Positions 38,322-52,388 of a DNA stretch of 64,000 nucleotides are shown piece after piece. The stretch is from Octopus vulgaris (taxonomy: Eukaryota), in contig OX597815.1 of assembly GCA_951406725.2 (NCBI GenBank), positions 149,358,001 to 149,422,000 on the forward strand, read 5' to 3'. A program made the translations under genes and the position numbers. Below the pieces are notes generated by a model. The model saw only the letters and a program-made list of their open reading frames with translations, searched no databases and was not told where the DNA came from. The stretch's first letter is position 1, and every line of letters begins with the position of its first letter.

Positions 38322-39886
38322 ACATACACACTAAAAGATTGTTTTGGAAAATGTAAGATAATATTTGTACCTTATTTCTTGAAAATGTAATTTTAAGAAA
38401 AATGTTTACGGGTTCAATTTGGGTCAGAGTCGATCTTGCATTATATCTTTTTTCTAGATTACATACATATTATTACAAATACACACACATACATGGTTGT
38501 GAGGTTAAGACTCTTGAAATCGGGCAAAAGGTGCCCAATCTAGAACCCCAAGTGACCCCAAAAATCAATAAAATCCCCATTTTCAAACCAAAGCAACCTC
38601 TGTAATACTCCAAAACGTATCCCAATCAATTTCTCACCTCAAGTTACCTCCTCTTGTAAATTTTAATCCTTTTCCAGCCCCATTTAGATCCCTTTTTACA
38701 CAAAAATCCATTTTGTATCAACGTTCGCATTCTTCATTTTATAGATTAGATTTGGAATTAACTACTAAATGTATTATCAATATGACCAAAATTGTGGATA
38801 ACAGAGACGTTGAACTAGTAATGTACAGTATTATAGTGTTCATCCTCAATGGACATACACGAGGTTTCTGTTATTGCAGCTGGTTAGTTGCAACATTAAT
38901 AACCTTATATTAATTCTAAATAACATTGGTCGTGTTTGAAGTAGTTACGAAAATCTAATCATTGGACTCGTTTGCTATATATCCTTAGGTATTCAGTTTA
39001 AGAAAATTGTTTCAGCTAACTTAAGATATATATTATTACCAATGGAATTCTTGTCAACATAAAGCAACTCTAATTCAGAATATACACTAACATATTCCTG
39101 AATACAAGATTAATTAAATATTTCCAATTTAGGTTCGTGAACAGTAGTTTCAGGGAGGTGGAATTCTTTCACTGTTGCCTTATTTGTGTCGATAGCGGAT
39201 TTATGAAAAGCAAAGTTTGCCACGATGACATTATAACTTGGAACATAAAGAACCGAGACAAATATCGAAAACATATTATTCTAACGATTTTTTCAGACGA
39301 AGGAAATGATAACACACTTAATAAGTTGAAAATTAATGAAAGTTTCAAATTAATTTCCCAGCGTTACATTTAATCTGTATAATATTTCAAACATTAAAAT
39401 TGAAAGCTTTTCTCTATTAATATGATCCGTAACACTAGCATATAATTGGTTCTGTGTAGGCAATCGCTAAGCCAGGACATTGTCTCATGTGGATTAATAA
39501 CGGAGCGTATATTGTTGCTGTTATTTTCTGTAACAGATCTAATTTTATAGTAAACCAAAATTAGAAAAAAGAAATAATAATTTGTTTCAAACATAAAGAT
39601 TTTCTGTCGTCGCAGTCTTCCAATATCTCTTGTATACTTGTTGGGGTGATTGCTTAAATCGATGTATCATCAACATAATACATCACAATGAAGACATTTC
39701 TAACAAACAATTTAGCAATGTATAATCTTGTCTTTGAGTTATGCGCCATACCCAACTGAGTAGTTATTAATATATCAGTAACTTTATATTTGCCTAAATT
39801 CTGCATTTATATTTTCCCCAAACTTATAATTCTGGAAAGTTTTGCTGATGCCATCAAAATATCTCAAACAATATCACGTCTAGTTT

Positions 39887-40053
39887 AAGGCGGTGAGCTG
39901 GCAGAATCGTTAGCACGCCGGGCGCACTTCCTATCTGTATGTCGTCTGCCGTTACATTCTGAGTTCAAATTCCACTTTCGGGGTCGATGTACTCGAATTA
40001 ATCCTTTTCTCTGTCCCGTCTATGTTTAGCCTCCTGTGGGCAATAAAGAAATA
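39887..40053 (+). mobile_element. SINE family A, internally deleted
   Basis: AAGGCGGTGAGCTGGCAGAATCGTTAGCACGCC head plus tail A. Confidence 0.88.
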
Positions 40054-40601
40054 AATAATATGGCTACTTTAAACAGGCTTCTTTTTTTTATAAGTTTAGT
40101 CATGAATGCATTCCTCGGTAATATTTTTTGTAGTTTTGTATATTCCTCACCATTATTTCTTAAGGTTCATTTTATTAAATGCTCTTTATTAGTGTCTTAT
40201 GGTGTTTAGGTGGGAGACTTGAAATTTTAAATGAATATGGTGTAATCTGAAATCAAATATTGTAGGATCTTTGGCTATATTTCCGAAGATTCATCATTTT
40301 TACCCCATCCGTTTGTCTTACTTGAATTAATATGATTTCTGTCTGGAATAAACGAAAATACGCAGTGATAATACGAAAAACATGTTCTTTGCTATATGAT
40401 ACGCAAGAAATCAGTTACATTTGTAGAACACACATCAAAACATTTATGCGGTGGGGCACCCTTCCTGAAACAACAACACAACCACTATTAAAAAATTCAT
40501 GTTGTAGTACATGAAATCTGAAAACAGATATGAGTCGAACTTATGTCCATTCGATTGGTGTTGAACTTTGGTTGCACAATACAATAATACTATCAATAAC
40601 A

Positions 40602-40968
40602 CGTGGCACTCCGCCGGTTGCGACAACGTGCGTACCCGTTGATCCGATCAACGGAACAGCCTGCTCGTGAAATTAGAGTGCATGTGGTTGAGCACTTCAC
40701 AGACACGTGTACCCTTAATGTAATTCTTGGGGAGATTGAGTGTGACAAGGCTGGCCCTTTGAAATACAGATATAGCAGAAACAGGAGGAAAGAGTGAGAT
40801 AAAGTTGTGGTGAAAGAGAACAGCACGATTGGTCCCCACTGTCTTCCGGAGTCTCGTGGAGCTTTAAATGTTTTCAGTCAATAAACACTCACAACAGTCT
40901 GGGAATCGAAACCGTGATCCTACGACCGCGAGTCCACTGTCCTAACATCTGGGCCATTGCGCCTCCAC
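40602..40968 (-). mobile_element. SINE family C, tail type 2, with TSD
   Basis: Minus-strand GTGGAGGCGCAATGGCCCAG head. TSD TATCAATAACA at 40591-40601 and 40969-40979. Confidence 0.93.
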
Positions 40969-41137
40969 TATCAATAACAACACTGACATTATAATGAAAT
41001 AAATATTTCGAGCTGCTTATGAAATAAATTTGATACTATTAATGTGCAACCATTTTGACCTATAGCATTATGGTTTCATTTATATTTCCCACGCATTTTA
41101 ATTTCCAGATCTCGAGTCTCTTTCCTTGCAAATAACA

Positions 41138-41307
41138 TAATCCTTTCTGCTATAGGCACAAGGCCTGAATTTAGGTGGTGGCGGCTAGTCGATTACATCG
41201 ACACCACTACGTATCTGGTACTTAATTTATGGCACCCGAAATTATGAAAAGTCGACCTAGGTGACATTTGAACTCAGAACGCAGCGACCGGCGAAATGCT
41301 GCTTAGC
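41138..41307 (-). mobile_element. SINE family A (tail B), head truncated
   Basis: Core and tail present; breaks at about 41307 into unrelated sequence. Confidence 0.85.
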
Positions 41308-41954
41308 CACAAGAGGAGCCCGAGAGCCGGAATGAAACTGCAACTCCACCGCCAGCGGAAACCAGTATTACCACCGAGAATGATGGTGAAAGCAAAGAAA
41401 GAAATGGATGATAAACAGCAGGAAAAAGCAGAAAATAGAGAAGCACATTCCTTAAATGTTGGCTCCCATCACACACCCACTCGACTCCCACCCAAATCTA
41501 CTCAGTCCCACCATTCCCCTACAGACACCAACCCTATTGCTGCCTCAACTGACACTGAAAAGATGAGCACAATCACACAGGAGCCCCCAAACTTCCCAAC
41601 CCCCACCCTATGAGGAAAAATATATTGTATTATATGATGAATCCACTGTTAAGCTTGTTAAAAAGATAAGACACTTGGGACATGCTAATAAGGTCGAACG
41701 CTGCAAAATGCGCTGGGACACCCTTGCACTTTAATTGTGACGTGGTGGACCCAAAATACATATCGAGACTGAAAGATTACGAGGATTATGTTCAGTACTG
41801 GGTCAAGGAAATTGACACTAGTAGGATACCAAGGCTGGTAAGCTACTACGAACTTTTGTATAACTTTCAAATAGATCCGTTTACCAAATCCAATTACAAG
41901 GATTTCGTCAGCTCGAGGTAATATTCGAAGACATTTGCTGAAGGTGTCACGCAC
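41308..41954 (+). pseudogene. Frameshifted coding-like fragment of unknown product, possibly a retroelement ORF1 C-terminus
   Basis: GC-richer island. ORFs 41296-41613 and 41682-41921 can be bridged by a third frame (YEEKYIVLYDESTVKLVKKIRHLGHANKV). No motif recognised. Confidence 0.35.
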
Positions 41955-42218
41955 CCAGAACCATGTGACTGGGAAGCAAGCTTCCTAACCAATAGCCAAG
42001 CCTGCCGTGAAATAATATAAGAAATTTAATCAAATTCCATTCAGAATATTCCGAATCAAGTTCCCACGTGTCAACATTTTATATAACTATTTCCTATGTA
42101 TATGCTCATGACACCCATAAAATCTTGTTCAGTGAAAATTACACGTATCACATCGCTATCTAAAATTCATTTGTTTCGGTAATCCATATCAGTACTGTCA
42201 AACACACATACTTTGATA

Positions 42219-42850
42219 TATGAAGTGGTATCAAAAATTCCCTTACTAGTTCTGTAGCACGCCAACAGATGTCAGCACACTTTTGCATGTGAGCTGAGAG
42301 CTAGCAGTTACATACATGAGACAGGGTGCCGAGGGACATCGCTGTGTTTACTTTGCAAGTTGTGAAATTTACATTTTTGTGGTCAGATATAAGATCTGAT
42401 AGACATGAACATAGAGCCAACGTGAAATTTTGCGTTAAACTTGGGACGTCTGCTACAGAGACACCAACCATGTTTTGGCAAGTTTACATCGATGAAAGAA
42501 TGGATCGTACGCAATATTTCAAAAGAAATTGCTTGGATGGCGATTAGCAATCTGGAAGAACTGCCACGAGTGTGATTCTCGGAAATGTGGTATTGTACAT
42601 CGAAAATTTGTCCCTCAGAGCCAGACCGTCAATCACGAGTTCTTTTACGATGTTTGGAAGCGTTTGAGGGAGAACATTCGGGGGAGAGCGAAGCATTGCA
42701 TTGTTCGCCACGACAATGCGCCCCTCATCGAGCTCTCCTCATTCCTTAGTTTTTCGCCAAAAACAACATCGCTTCCCCATCCATTCTGTTCGCCAGATTT
42801 AACACATGCAAGCTTCACTGAGATGAAAATGCAGCTAAAAGGTCATTCTT
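42219..42850 (+). mobile_element. Decayed, internally deleted mariner transposon
   Basis: TIR-like TATGAAGTGGTATCAAAAATTCC. Protein motifs EHRANVKFCVKLGTSATET, GIVHRKFVPQSQTVN..RLRENIR, HDNAP, PHPFCSPDL, MKMQLKG. Confidence 0.92.
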
Positions 42851-42924
42851 TGTTTTTCTTTTACATTAAACAAGACTACACTGGGAACATTTTGATAGCA
42901 CCTCGTAGTTATTTAGAAATATTC

Positions 42925-43318
42925 ATTTCTACTCTAGGCGCAAGGCCTGCATTTTGCGGGAGGGGGCCACTCGATTAGAGCGACCCTAGTACGCAACCGG
43001 TACTAAATTTATCGAAGCCGAAACGATGAAAAGCTAAGTCGACCTCGGAAGAATTTCAACTCAGAACGTAACAGCAGGCAAATACCCATTTCTTTACTAC
43101 CCACAAGGGGCTAAACACAGAGGGGACAAACAAGGACAGACAAACGGATCAAGTCGATTATATCGACCCCAGTGCGTAAATGGTACTTATTTAATCGAAC
43201 ACGAAAGGATGGAAGGCAAAGTCGACCTCGGCGGAATTTGAACTCAGAATGTAACGGCAGACAAAATACTGCTAGGCATTTCGCCTGGCGTGCTAACGAT
43301 TCTGCCAGCTCGCCGCTT
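42925..43318 (-). mobile_element. SINE family A dimer (tail A copy joined to head-truncated tail B copy)
   Basis: Two cores; junction GGCAAATACCCATTTCTTTACTACCC at about 43085. Confidence 0.93.
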
Positions 43319-43824
43319 TGAATATAAATATATTACGCAAATATCCAATGCAGTAGTATGCACGAGAGCTGCATTTGAGTTTTCATTAACATTTTAATTT
43401 TACATTGACAAATATTTCTTCTGGACTTATTATTTATGGCGATGCATTTTAATAACTTTCGATGAAATCAATCAAACTGATTATGAAAGTGACCCGGCTT
43501 AATCATCCTGTTTTATTTTCAAACATAGCTAGCAGTACATAATCTAACAATTTTTTCCCCTTTGTTACATAGGTGCTTATAGACAATCGATGAGATATTT
43601 ATCAAATATCTCTATGAGGTCTAGTGTTTCTGCTGAATCTATCTTATTAGAAGTTGTAGTGGCCTGTCCAAGCATTCACCAAATGACATTCTCGGTAAAA
43701 TAAATAATATTTTCCATGGAAAATGAATACAAGGTTTGGCAACGATCGTTTCTCGTGGTCTAATAATTGACTGAGAAAAACAAAGACATTCACACACTAA
43801 CACACATATAAGCCATATATATTA

Positions 43825-44134
43825 TTTTATTCTATTAATTGTTGCACTCATTTGACTGCAGCCATGGTAGAGTGCCGCCTTAAGGTTTGTTTTTTTTTGT
43901 TTTATTTTGTTTTATTTTGTTTCATTTCTTTTTTTACTGGAAGAAAACGACACCTGTACTTTATTATTACGGCTAGTACTTATTCTATCAATCTCTTATG
44001 CCGAAAAGCTACGCTACAAGGACGTAAATTTGCCAAATATCGGGATTTTGAAATTTACGTCACGGCGACGTAAACACCTCAGCATCGGTTGTCAAGAAAT
44101 GTTGGCGGAGACTGACACACGAACACATACACAT

Positions 44135-44171
<37 letters not shown>

Positions 44172-44335
44172 CGACGGGCTTCTTTCAGTTTCCGTCTACC
44201 AAATCAACTCACAAGGCTTTGGTCACTCGGAGGCTACAGTAGAAGACACTTGCTCAAGTTACCACGCAATGGGACTGACCCCGGAACCATGTGGTTGGTA
44301 AATAAGCTACATACCACACAGTTACTCTTGCGCCT
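43825..44335 (-). mobile_element. SINE family B, full length
   Basis: Reverse complement of the family B head, CORE-like segment, internal microsatellite and tail. Confidence 0.9.
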
Positions 44336-45096
44336 ATTTTTCTAAAGTTCTTTAGAATAAAGAAAAGTAGTGGAGGAGGGAAGACAGGAGATATAGTTTA
44401 GTTGGATACTGACTTTAGGGGGGGGGGTTAGGTGGGGTCATTTTACTTTGTGTACCGTAAACCGATACTTGGTTGCACCCATGCGTAAATATTTATATAC
44501 AAAAGAATTTAAAAGAGATGAGAAAGAAAAGGAAGCGGGTAAAATTTAGGAGTGGTAATTGGGTGGAATAATTAAGAAAAATGAGGACGAATGAGAGAAG
44601 AGGAAGATAGGATTCGAAGATTGCATTCTAGTGGGTGCGGGGACATAGCAGTTCTAGTTAAATGTGGTCGCGTACTACATCATATTAAATATACAAACAT
44701 ATACGCGTAACGCCGCGCTCATGCGTACATTTACTGCGTGCCCAAAAGATTTGCATACGTTTACAGACGAACGTACATACATGCACATCACATTTCTGTA
44801 GGCAAAAAAAGGAAGATAATAAAGAGATCACATTGTTAATGAAATATATAAAGATATCACGAAATGTATGTTATAAATACATTGAAGAAATGCAAAATGG
44901 AAGGTCTAAACAGATCACAGGGTTAAGAAAATATATAACGATAGCTTAAACAAGTATCAGTTATAAATACATTAAAAACATTCAAGTGGGGCTGGGAATG
45001 TAATAAGAATAACTAGGTAAATTATTGGGGGAAATATTATTTATACGCGAGTTGGTAGGGATTCCTTAACGACAACGTAACTTTCATATAAGTATC

Positions 45097-45309
45097 TATT
45101 TCTTTACTACTCACAAGGTGCTAAACACAGAGATGGTAAACAAGGACATACAAACGGATTAAGTCGATTATATCGACTCCAGTGCGTAACTGGTACTTAA
45201 TTTATCGACCTCGAAAGGATGAAAGTAAAGTCGACCTCGGCGGAATTTGAACTCAGAACGTAACGGCGGTCGAAATACGGCTACGCATTTCGCCTGGCGT
45301 GCTAACGTC
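45097..45309 (-). mobile_element. SINE family A (tail A)
   Basis: Core and tail A on the minus strand. Confidence 0.92.
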
Positions 45310-45629
45310 CTCTTATAAGGAAAGTATCTTCAGCCACATGAGCAACTAGCTGACTAATTGCTACATCAGAGGGTTGCTAACTAGGAAGCATGTGTAGAGT
45401 GAACTTTACCTGGTCAAATCCCCCAGTTTGGATTTATATTCCCATTCATAGCGACCCAAGTTGCTAACCGTGTATTATATGAAAACATATTTTCCAGCTT
45501 ATCGATATAAATAAAGCCTACAACCCTCACCAATGGATTATTGTTGTTAATGAACGTTGTTTTTTTATTTTTTTATACCAAGCGTGGACTGTTCGAAGCT
45601 TACTTACGTACTATACTTACCTTATACTT

Positions 45630-45815
45630 AAACGTCGACCTTCGAAATGCGGAGTAGATGAAACAGAGGCGGCTGAAGAAGGGGAATGTTCTTTGTGTTG
45701 TATGTCTTGTACTCTATTTTTTCGTTGTTTAACAAAAATGTCCATTTCCTTGGTTTTGTGTTTATGTTTTCGTTTCTCATCGTGTTCGACGTTTCTTTTT
45801 GGTGTCCTGTACCCA
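45630..45815 (+). repeat. Short interspersed repeat with hammerhead-core words
   Basis: CGAAATGCGGAGTA..CTGAAGAAGGG..GTTCTTTGTGTT..TCCTGTACCCA, homologous to the minus strand of 50845-51000. Confidence 0.6.
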
Positions 45816-45897
45816 TATATGCATGTATATATACATATAGATGTAGGTACGTACATATATGTATGTATATATGCATATGTTTTATTTATTATTTTGT

Positions 45898-45942
<45 letters not shown>

Positions 45943-46379
45943 AACACACACACATACATAAACTTTTAAGACATTTAGCAAAACAAGAGTAATGATACGG
46001 TAAATTAGTTGATATGTTTAATCGCTGTTTAGGTGGGTGACTTGAAATTTTAAATGATTATGGTATAATATCTAGCATTCAACTTAGTAAATATTTGTAA
46101 ATGTCAAATGATTTGGATTGTAGGTTGACCATATGTGGACTGTTTACAGGTCACTCTAATTGCGTACTACTTCACCAAAATAGTTAAATACATTTGAGAA
46201 TGTAGTCGACTACCCACAACGCCACCAAATAGTTAAGCTGTTTTGAGAAAATAGTTGATTATAACCTTGTTTACAACATAACATCTAAGCGGTAATATTT
46301 ATCTTATGTTATCTTTTAAAAAGTTATATATTTAGCCTTAATCGTTACACTGTTTTTTAAAAAAGTAATTATTAATTAT

Positions 46380-46900
46380 AGGTATGCTTTTTTAGTTCCT
46401 GATTTAATAAGAATATTTAGTATTATCTATTAAATTACAGGTACAAGTTTAACTTTAGAGCATGTGAGGATAACGCAGATTTAGTATGTATGGAATGTTT
46501 CTATTCTTGACTTTGGGTTGTGAAATAGCGCAATTCACTTAGAATTAGTTATGTTCTCTGTTAAGTTGAATCGAGTTTGTTTTGTTTTTGAAAAATAGAA
46601 TATAAATGCTTTCAACTTTATATTGATAACTATGTAAGACCAGTGGAACTAGTATCTATATGGACTTCAAGGGCTGGGCTGCTATTTAGTTAGATAACTT
46701 AAGAGTTAGTTATAGGTTTACTTACAAAATTATTAATGTACCGAAATGGTTTTTGTACATAGGGTAAATGTGGTTTCTTTGTTGTAGTTTAATTATTAAT
46801 GTTAGTGTTTAATCCTTCCTAGAATTGAGATTGAAGGAATGTGGTGATACATAAGGTATGTTTGTTCGCAAACAACACTTATTTTGGTGTTATTGGCACC
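46380..46900 (-). mobile_element. Possible very decayed Penelope-like element GIY-YIG endonuclease region
   Basis: Minus-strand fragments VHIDTSSTGL, KNKTNSIQL, KNRNIPYIL, CNL occur in the order expected of the PLE motifs YIG.TST / KNK.NST.L / K.KNIPY.LKW / CNLC..EK. By-eye match with many stops. Confidence 0.35.
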
Positions 46901-47166
46901 ACCGGATTGAATGATACTGTCCGGATATCGAAAACGTAGTGATATCCGTGGGGCAGCTGATGATCGAGGGATGTTGGATTGTTATTACGGCTGTTATTGT
47001 ATGTGCGGAATAGTTTAATAAGACATTCATTTGATATATACATATACGAAAGAAGGGCACACAACCAATTTATTAGGAGTTACATGTATGGGGAGTCACC
47101 AGTCATTTGACTGGCAAATAGAATCAGATTTGAAAGTCAAGAGTACCAACGAATTTGAATCATTCT

Positions 47167-47730
<564 letters not shown>

Positions 47731-49390
47731 GAGTCCTTGTTCAATCGTGTGTAGAGAGTTTAGTTATTGCTTAAGTGTTTGACGAGCCCATCGAAATTAG
47801 ACCTGGCCTCAGTTCAATATGAAAGAACTATGTCCTGGTTAATAAATCCCTCCAAAATATATATTAATAATAACGATGTTTGATCAGAAATCCCATTGAC
47901 CACATGATCTGCACTGACCGGCTCACTTATAGCAATTCTTTTTGAAAGGGAAAACTCATTAATTAATTGCTCTAAGGTTCAACTGATTTCGGATTCCCCA
48001 CTTTGTAGCAATGTAGGAAAGTGAAATCTGAGATTTTGTGAGATGTGTCGTGTCTGAGTTCCGAAAAAACAAAAACAAACATATAAATATTTGTGCGCTT
48101 ATTGCAAGAATTATATTGCATGGTCATCAAATATTTTGTCTTTATGAGCAATAGCTGTAAATAGTAAGTCATGTATTCGACGCTATGTAGTGGATTCGTT
48201 TTAATATTTTATTGATCTGGATAGTCATTCGGCCTAGACAATGTGGTTATATACTTCGAGAGGTAAAATAAGTACAAATGTCAATGCAATGCAATGCGTT
48301 TGCGTTTATCGGCATATCTTATTTGCAATCTAATATAGTCATCATAACATTTTCGGCTATGTTTCGATGGATTTTATTACATCACATATTAAAATTTGGA
48401 TACGATGAAGGTAAATTTTGTGTTATATACTTAGCATGAAGTGTGACGGATGATTATGCATTTGACAAACCCTTGAAATTATTATTTAATATTCACATAG
48501 GAGTGTCCATTGCACGAGATCCATGTATATGAAGAGGGATTAATATGTATACGAAAGCACACAGATCCAAAAAGCATAGTAAGATTACACATTAATATTT
48601 CCGGTGCAAACTGTTTAATAAACACAGATTCAATATATTCAATTAATTTTTGCAATTTACATTTTTCTACCTCTACATGTTATTATCGAGGTTAAACCAG
48701 TCAAAAGGAATTTGCCTTATTGTCAAAGAGTTACTCATCTTAAGTTGACAGCTTTGATTAAATTTGAATAATAAACAGCATAACGTTCAATAAATTTTAT
48801 TTCTTCCAACAGCTATGTTCACCAATGAGAAATTAAGCGAAAATGAAAATAAAATATAAAAATTGTAATTATCAAATTTTCTCTCATTTCAAAACATTAA
48901 TGATCATCCAGCGATTTTTATTCTTTCCTTTTCTGCTTTCAGTTTTATATTTTTTCTTCGCAATCATGTAGTTCTTGGTATTGGGTGCATCTATAATATG
49001 CAACATAGCAGAATAATCATTCTAAATAAGTTGAAAAAAAATAGGAACTATTAAAATCATGCATACTTCTTGACATGTTTTGTTTTGGTAATTATGTCAT
49101 TCTTTTGTTGTAAGATAAAGCAAACGAGGAATTGATAGTATGTTATTTAATGTTGAAATGATTAAGAGAATACTTGTCAAGGTAACATGTATTATTTTCC
49201 AACCAAGCTATTTCTCAGAAATCTTGTCAATATGAATATCCGTTAAAATAAGTGTGTATGCTTTCTTTTCAAGTACTGGACTTAGTTACATAAACATAAT
49301 GTGATTCAGCCGCTAAAGTGACCGTTTTATTATGAATGAATGAAGGATAAATGAAAATATACGTATATATTATGTAAATATATATATATA

Positions 49391-49423
<33 letters not shown>

Positions 49424-50112
49424 GAATGGATGCATGTGTGTATCTGTATGCTTGCGCGTGTAAGACATATTATTTAATTTCATAGGCGTAACATGCAATA
49501 AAGGTATGATTTATTCTAATGAAAATTTTTATTTGAAATTGCAGTAACAATAATTAGTTTATCTCCAAAGTAATAGAAAAGTTATTTGTATTTCTATAGA
49601 AGCAACAGTACAAGTAATACAAAACAAATAAATTAATTCATACGATTTAAAACAATGTGGAATCCGAAGTGTAAACAAATAATCTACGCTCTCAGCAGGT
49701 TTTGATAAAAAAAATAACTCTATTTGTTATTTTACAATATTGCTATACTCATTAATGAATTTATAAATTATGATATTAAATACATAAGAGCACAGGGAGG
49801 TACAATGCATATGTGTGATTTTGTGTAGTTGTTCGTACTTTAAGTTCAAATCCGCTGCAGCTGAGTAATACGCTCTTGATTGCAATAAGTATTCTATTAT
49901 GAACTAGCCGATATCATGTAGTAGATTGCTGAATCAAATTTGTAAACAAATCCCATTCACTGTGCTACATTAGTAGCTTAGAATGAATTTTAGGCCAGAG
50001 ATACTTGTTCTTCATTTATGTTCGTACAAATTGGCTTTCAGTAACGTTAGTAATCAGCTTATCAATATATCCACCAATCTTTATAGGGTTGCTGTTACTT
50101 ATTCCGTGGGTT

Positions 50113-50115
50113 ATA

Positions 50116-50178
<63 letters not shown>

Positions 50179-50446
50179 ATATACACCTAGACACAGATAC
50201 ACACAAACACACACACACAGACATATATACATATATATATATATATGAAGTATATATATGTGTGTGTGCAAATATATACATGTGCATGTATATATGCTTA
50301 TACATATGTATATATATGCATATATATATGCTTGCATATATATATATACATATATATGTATATGTATATATGTATATATATATATATGTATATGTATATA
50401 TATATATGTACATATATATTTATAGATATATGTATATATATATATT

Positions 50447-50477
<31 letters not shown>

Positions 50478-50514
50478 GTACACACACACACATATATATA
50501 TATGAATATATATG

Positions 50515-50562
<48 letters not shown>

Positions 50563-50771
50563 CATATATCTTCATATATATGTATTTATATATATATCTA
50601 TCTATATATATACGTACATACATATATGTATATATATATATATAGTACATATGTATGTATATATACATTTACACATGCATATATATATAGATATAGATAG
50701 GTATCTCTATCTATCTATCTCTCTCCCTTTCTCTCTCTCTATATATATATATAGAGAGAGAGATAGATAGT

Positions 50772-50844
<73 letters not shown>
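50113..50844. repeat. TA-rich block ending in (TATC)(TC)(TA)(GA)(TAGA) mirror microsatellite
   Basis: Directly visible. Confidence 0.95.
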
Positions 50845-51000
50845 GGGTGCAGGACGTCACCAACAGTAAACAACATGAAATACGAAGACAGATGGTGTCA
50901 ATACGCAAACAACGAGGGAAACAAATGGTAAACAGGACAGGTAACATAAAGAACGACCCTTCATAAGTTGTTTTCTGTCTATTTACTCCTCATTTCGTCC
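50845..51000 (-). repeat. Second copy of the 45630 repeat family
   Basis: Minus strand CGAAATGAGGAGTAAATAGACAG..CTTATGAAGGGTCGTTCTTTATGTT..TCCTGCACCCA, followed by a microsatellite. Confidence 0.6.
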
Positions 51001-51199
51001 ACTGAACTACAATAATTTTCTTCGAAGACAGTTGCTCCCATATATACCAAATTAAAGAAAGCCCAAAGAAAAAAAATATGTCGGGTCGGTAGACCAGATC
51101 GAGTGTACGATAGCGAACGCTGGAGCGATATTTTCTTTGACAAGAGAAAAGATAGAAGATAAATATAGGATACATGCTGTATGGCCATCCTCTTCAAAC

Positions 51200-52388
51200 T
51201 ATTGGTCTTGCGACTAAACTACAAACCATTATGATATAGTTATTTCTTTATTATCCACAGGGGGGTAAACAAAGAAGCGACAACCAAGGATAGACAAAGG
51301 GATTAAATCGATTACATTGACCCCATTGCGTAACTGGTACTTATTTAATCGATCCTGAAAGGATAAAGGGCAAAGTCGACCTCGGCAGAATTTTGTACTT
51401 AGAACGTAAAGACAGACGAAGTACCGCTAAGCCCGCGGCGTGCTAACGTTTCTATTAACTCGTCGCCTTTGCCTCTCTATTCTAATCTAGGCACAAGACA
51501 CAAAATTCTTGAGGAGGGGAACAGTCGATTAGAGGCATCCCCGTACGCAACTGGTACTTAATATATCGACCCCGAAATGATGAAAGACAATGTTGACCTC
51601 GGCGGAATTTGAACTAAGAACCTAACGGCAGATGAAATACTGCTAAACATTTCGCCCAGCGTGCTAACAAATCTGCCACCTCGCCTCTCTACCATTATTT
51701 CTTTTCTACACTAGACACAAAGCCCGACATTTTGGGGGAGGGGGCCAGTAATTAGATCGATCCCAGTGTGTAACTGGTTCTTAATTTATCGACCCTGAAA
51801 GGATGAAAGACTAACTCGACCTCAGCAGAACTTGAACTCAGAACGTAACGACAGACGAAATACCGCTAGCATTTCGCCCGGCGTGCTAACGTTTCTTATT
51901 TCTTTATTGCCCACAAGGGGCTAAACTTAGAGGAGACAAACAAGAACAGACAAATCACATCAACTCCAGTGCGTAACTGGTACTTATTTAATCGACCCCG
52001 AAAGAATGAAAGGCAAAGTCAGCTTCGGCGGAATTTGAACTCAGAACTTAACGGCAGACGAAATACCTATTTCTTTACTACCCACAAGGGGCTAAACACA
52101 GAGAGGACAAGCAAGGACAGACAAACGGATTAAGTCGATAATATCGACCCTAGTGCGTAACTAGTACTTATTAATCGACCCCGAAAAGATGCAAGGCAAA
52201 TTCGACATCGGCGGAATTTGAACTCAGAACGTAGCGACAGACGAAATGCCTATTTCTTTACTATCCACAAGGGGCTAAACACAGACAGGAAAAAATAAGG
52301 CGGAACTTGAACTCAGAGCGTAACGGCTGACGTAATACGGCTACGCATTTCGGCCGGCCTGCTAATGTTTCTGCCAGTTCACCGCCTT
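51200..52388 (-). mobile_element. Head-to-tail array of about 6 SINE family A copies
   Basis: Repeated core GAA(T/C)TTGAACTCAGAAC units with tails A and B. Confidence 0.93.

Noticed and set aside
46921-46970. GAAAAC...CTGATGA as a hammerhead
   Set aside because: No stem II pairing is possible, and the local hairpin GGATATC/GATATCC is incompatible with the fold.
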